NCBI GenBank assembly: GCA_024763075.1
Contig: JANTGF010000004.1
Coordinates: 10,755 to 74,754 of the forward strand
Source: Bacteroidales bacterium
GTDB lineage: Bacteria; Bacteroidota; Bacteroidia; Bacteroidales; VadinHA17
DNA: 64,000 bases
Direction: 5' to 3'
A program made the position numbers and the translations under genes. This document shows, piece by piece, positions 60,485 through 64,000 of this stretch. Positions within the stretch are counted from its first letter, which is position 1. Each line of letters opens with the position of its first letter. The notes under the pieces are model-generated. The model was not told the origin of the DNA, did no database searches, and was given only the letters and a program-made list of their open reading frames with translations.

Positions 60485-60589
60485 CTTTAGTGGGCCCTTT
60501 GTGGTATCCTTTGGGGACTTGGTGGTTAAAATTGGATACTCTATATTACCACTAAGGAACACTAAGGAATGCACAAAGTATCACAAAGT
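60485..60589. repeat. Imperfect inverted array of short CACAAAG/CACTAAG units
   Basis: Left arm CTTTAGTG..CTTTGTGG..CTTTGGGG..CTTGGTGGT; right arm ACCACTAAGG-AACACTAAGG..CACAAAG..CACAAAG. Confidence 0.7.
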
Positions 60590-60716
60590 AAAAAGTTCAA
60601 AAATGGAAATATTAAGTAATTATTTATCTTGGGTATAATTTAATTATGGATTATATAACTTATTTAATATCATACAACTACCTTTAAGTGCGAAACATTT
60701 GTTAAATACTAAACCA

Positions 60717-61475
60717 ATGAAAAAGTTAAAACTTTTATTTATTCCGTTTGTTTTGTTGTTTTCAATGACCTTTTTAAATCAGTGTTCAAAAAACAAAGAA
60801 AAAACCAAAGTGCTGATAATTACCGGTGGCCATGATTTTGAAAAACAGGCTTTTTATGACGTCTTTCGAAGTTTTTCCAATATTGATTTCGATACGATTT
60901 TCCAACCTGAAGCCAATAATGTTTATGCATCGGATAGCATTGATAAATACGATGTGCTTGTGTTTTATGATATGGTACAGGAGATTACAGAACAGCAAAA
61001 GAATGATTTCATTAAAATGCTGAACAAGGGAAAAGGAATCTTATTCCTTCATCATTCACTGGCTTCTTATCAGAAATGGAGTGATTTTGGGGAAATTATC
61101 GGGGGCCGTTACCTGCTTCAGCCCATAGAAAAGGACGGGGTGATTTTTATGCCGGCATCAGACTATAAACACGACCAGGAAATTCCGGTGAAGGTTGTTG
61201 ACAGGGAGCATCCGGTAACCCGTGGGATAACAGATTTTACCATTCATGATGAAACCTATGGCAATATAGTTACCACCGGATCCATTCATCCCCTGATGCG
61301 TACGGATCATCCCCTGAATGGGAAGAACATTGCCTGGGCAAATGAATGGGGAAATTCCAAAATCATTTATCTGCAATTAGGTCACGATCATTTTGCTTTC
61401 GGGAATCCAAATTTCAGAAAGATTGTTGACCAGTCTATCGTCTGGTTGGCAGGAAAACAAGATTTTACCAATTAA
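60717..61475 (+). CDS. ThuA-like (class I glutamine amidotransferase fold) secreted protein
   Basis: VLIITGGH, YDVLVFYD, G.G.L.LHH, HPVT.G..DF...DE.Y, Y.QLGHD. Confidence 0.88.
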   Translation: MKKLKLLFIPFVLLFSMTFLNQCSKNKEKTKVLIITGGHDFEKQAFYDVFRSFSNIDFDTIFQPEANNVYASDSIDKYDVLVFYDMVQEITEQQKNDFIKMLNKGKGILFLHHSLASYQKWSDFGEIIGGRYLLQPIEKDGVIFMPASDYKHDQEIPVKVVDREHPVTRGITDFTIHDETYGNIVTTGSIHPLMRTDHPLNGKNIAWANEWGNSKIIYLQLGHDHFAFGNPNFRKIVDQSIVWLAGKQDFTN

Positions 61476-61498
61476 TGTTATCCTAAGGTATAATTCTT

Positions 61499-64000
61499 AT
61501 GATTATAAAAAAGACAAAGAGTGGGGAGGAGTACCCGGTGGGTGCAATTTATGTTGATACATCAGTAGCTTTGCATGGATTAAAAATCTTCCTTGTATTT
61601 CTGCTTCTTACATTCTCTTTCAGTAGTTTTTCCAAAGACATTCAGGGAGTGGTATATTTAGATAAAAACAACAATGGAATCAGGGATAAAGAGGAACCCG
61701 GACTTAAAGGGATTGTCGTATCTGATGGTTTCAGTGTGGTAAGTACAAACGGTGAGGGGAGCTATGTGATTCCCCGGAATAAAAGAGCCCGCATGATAGT
61801 CGTTCACCAGCCGGTAGGATATTATGTTAAACATTATTTTAAACAGATCACGGGTGCTTCAGGGAGTTATGATTTTGCCCTGCTTCCCCGGGAGAAAAAG
61901 ACTTCTTTTTCCTTCATTCATATCACAGATACGGAAACCTATCTCATGAAGGACTGGGTGAATAACCTGAAAGATTATATTGCCCGGCAAAATATTGCAT
62001 TTCTTATTCATACCGGTGATATTTGTTATACTAAAGGCCTGAAATGGCATGCCCGGAATGTTAATGACAGTACTATGGATTGCCGGGTATATTATACCAT
62101 TGGTAACCATGATTATGTGGATGGAGATTATGGTGAGCAGCTTTTTGAAAATATTTTAGGCCCGCTTACTTATTCTTTCGAAGTGGGTAAATTTCTTTTT
62201 ATCGGGACTCCCATGGGATATGGAGATAAAAAATCTACTTATAAGCCGGAGGATACCTATCGCTGGTTAAGGAAATTACTCGAATTTTTTCCAAAAGACC
62301 AGCCCAAGATCATTTTCAATCATAATCTGCCTGTGCAAACAGAGCAATTTATACTGCTTGAGGGCACAGAAGATGAACTTGATCTAGATGAATCTAATTT
62401 AAAAGCATGGATCTACGGTCACTGGCATGTTTCGATGAACCGGGAACATACTCCAGGCGGCACCCGTTCAATTTGCAGCAGTGTGGCTACACACGGAGGA
62501 ATTGATTCCTCACCCGCCTATTACCGGGTAATACATGTGGATGAAGAGGGGAATTTTACTTCGAAGATACGCTATACCTACATTCATCGAAAAATTGCAA
62601 TTGTATCCCCTAAGAAAGGGAGCATTCCAAAAAATCCGGACGGAAGCTATACTGTTTCCGTAAATGTATATGACAGTGGTTCGGAAATTGATTCGGTGCG
62701 TTGCTCTATCCTGGATAATGCCCATGGAATAGGCTGGAAAACCAGGTATGAAGATGAAAACTGGCAAGACCTTCAACAAAAAACTGACTGGAACTGGTCA
62801 GGACACTGGACACCTTTAACAGATACCATTTCCGATTATACGATCCTGGTAGAAGCCTACACATCAGACAACCGGGTGATCCGGGAAAAATTAAAATTTC
62901 GGTTTTCTCCGGAGACACGGGAAGGGAAACCTGTTACAGACTGGACAAATCTGGGGGGAAATCCTGTTCATGATGCACGAACAGATGCTTCCCTGAAATT
63001 GCCATTACAAATGTTATGGGTGCAAAATGCAGGCTCCAATATTTTCATGACATCGCCGATAGTGGAAGATGGCAGAGTGTTTATTGCGACTACGGATGAC
63101 AACAACTCAACAGAAAACAAAATCCTTGCTTATGATGCAAAATCAGGAAAGGAATTGTGGCAGTTTACAACCAGGTATTCGATTAAAAACACCATTATCG
63201 TTTCAAATGGGAGGATTGTGGCTACCGATAACCTTGGATACACCTACATTCTGGATGCTGCAACAGGTAAATTATTACATGATATTGATATTGGATTTAA
63301 ACGTTTGCCAGGTTTTTCATACGGAATTGTTCAACAGGGAGATACTGTTTTTGCAGGCTTTGGGCAAAGTCTTTCCGCAATTAAGATATCTACAGGAAAA
63401 ATACTATGGAAAAATAAGGACTGGAGGGGTGGAGAAGGAAGCATTCCCACGATGACACTGGGTGACGGGGTACTGGTAACTTCCTCTAACTGGAGAGCCT
63501 TATACGGACATGACAGTAAAACAGGGAAATTGCTCTGGGCAAAAAAGGATGAGGGTATAACTGCAAGGCAGGGAACTGCAAGCTGGCAGGATGGAAAGTT
63601 TTACGTTTGTTCGGCTAACCGGATTTTTGTAATGGATCCGAAAACAGGTGAAACCCTGAAAAGTATTCCAACGGAATTTTCTTTTTCTGCTGCTTCAGCT
63701 CCGCTGGTCACAGAGAACCTGATAATAGTAGGAACAGGGGATAGAGGGCTGGTTGCTTTTGATAAAGAGACTTTTCATCCGGTGTGGCAGGTGGAAACCG
63801 GAACCTCTGTTGTTTATACAACTCCTTACCATGCAGACGGGGAACAAACTGTGGAAAGCAGTCCGGTACTTGCAGGAGAGCTGGTGTTGTTTGGGGCTTC
63901 AGACGGGTTTCTATATGCGGTGGACAGTAAGGATGGATGTATTAAATGGAAGTTCAAAACCGGTGCTCCGGTCTTTTCTTCGGTGGCAATCTCAGGGAAC
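61499..64000 (+). CDS. Calcineurin-like metallophosphoesterase fused to a PQQ-like beta-propeller; 3'-truncated and absent from the ORF track
   Basis: Hand translation: G.VY.DKN.NG.RD..EPG..G..VSDG (MetallophosN), HITDTE, HTGDI, GNHD, GHWH, then SPIV..GRVF, LW, SSPV..G propeller repeats; same frame reaches the window end; start codon uncertain. Confidence 0.88.
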   Translation, partial: MIIKKTKSGEEYPVGAIYVDTSVALHGLKIFLVFLLLTFSFSSFSKDIQGVVYLDKNNNGIRDKEEPGLKGIVVSDGFSVVSTNGEGSYVIPRNKRARMIVVHQPVGYYVKHYFKQITGASGSYDFALLPREKKTSFSFIHITDTETYLMKDWVNNLKDYIARQNIAFLIHTGDICYTKGLKWHARNVNDSTMDCRVYYTIGNHDYVDGDYGEQLFENILGPLTYSFEVGKFLFIGTPMGYGDKKSTYKPEDTYRWLRKLLEFFPKDQPKIIFNHNLPVQTEQFILLEGTEDELDLDESNLKAWIYGHWHVSMNREHTPGGTRSICSSVATHGGIDSSPAYYRVIHVDEEGNFTSKIRYTYIHRKIAIVSPKKGSIPKNPDGSYTVSVNVYDSGSEIDSVRCSILDNAHGIGWKTRYEDENWQDLQQKTDWNWSGHWTPLTDTISDYTILVEAYTSDNRVIREKLKFRFSPETREGKPVTDWTNLGGNPVHDARTDASLKLPLQMLWVQNAGSNIFMTSPIVEDGRVFIATTDDNNSTENKILAYDAKSGKELWQFTTRYSIKNTIIVSNGRIVATDNLGYTYILDAATGKLLHDIDIGFKRLPGFSYGIVQQGDTVFAGFGQSLSAIKISTGKILWKNKDWRGGEGSIPTMTLGDGVLVTSSNWRALYGHDSKTGKLLWAKKDEGITARQGTASWQDGKFYVCSANRIFVMDPKTGETLKSIPTEFSFSAASAPLVTENLIIVGTGDRGLVAFDKETFHPVWQVETGTSVVYTTPYHADGEQTVESSPVLAGELVLFGASDGFLYAVDSKDGCIKWKFKTGAPVFSSVAISGN

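Noticed and set aside
50744-60589. Short repeat tracts as CRISPR arrays
   Set aside because: No identical 25-45 bp repeats with unique spacers and no cas genes
164-62918. Numerous 60-150 aa antisense or alternative-frame ORFs in the ORF track
   Set aside because: They overlap well-supported genes and show no independent motifs
63069-63455. 128-aa plus-strand ORF
   Set aside because: Alternative frame inside the long phosphoesterase-propeller gene; no recognisable motifs

Overview
Chromosomal window from a Bacteroidota organism, probably an environmental Bacteroidales-type lineage. The assignment rests on T9SS and gld genes, TAnnTTTG promoters, A-rich start contexts mostly lacking a Shine-Dalgarno, and sulfatases plus a GH29. 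Contents in order: a T9SS type-B cargo/PorP/PD40-PKD/unknown/SpoIIE-sensor locus; a hemerythrin-LuxR pair; der/era; a DUF5686-like outer-membrane protein; rluB; glmM; a MacAB-TolC-like exporter with no ATPase; mdh, secDF, tatA; an antiporter/lolD/TIGR02757/tRNA methylase cluster; ABC-F; rlmD; an alanine/glycine symporter; accessory genes (sulfatase, LytTR with a GIFSI-repeat protein, T9SS beta-helix protein); a complete trpEGDCFBA operon; gldAFG plus DUF4340; and a sulfatase/fucosidase/ThuA/phosphoesterase cluster running off the right end. The most notable signals are non-coding. (1) Two complete tryptophan attenuators lie in tandem before trpE, each with its own WWW leader peptide and terminator. 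(2) A probable sigma54-dependent sRNA of about 110 nt has an upstream palindrome and an intrinsic terminator. (3) Four LytTR-type boxes at exact 20-bp spacing precede a pentapeptide-repeat membrane protein. (4) Two related MITE-like elements supply the stop codons of neighbouring genes. I saw no tRNA, rRNA, CRISPR array, transposase or prophage. All calls are by eye from motifs; no database searches were run.
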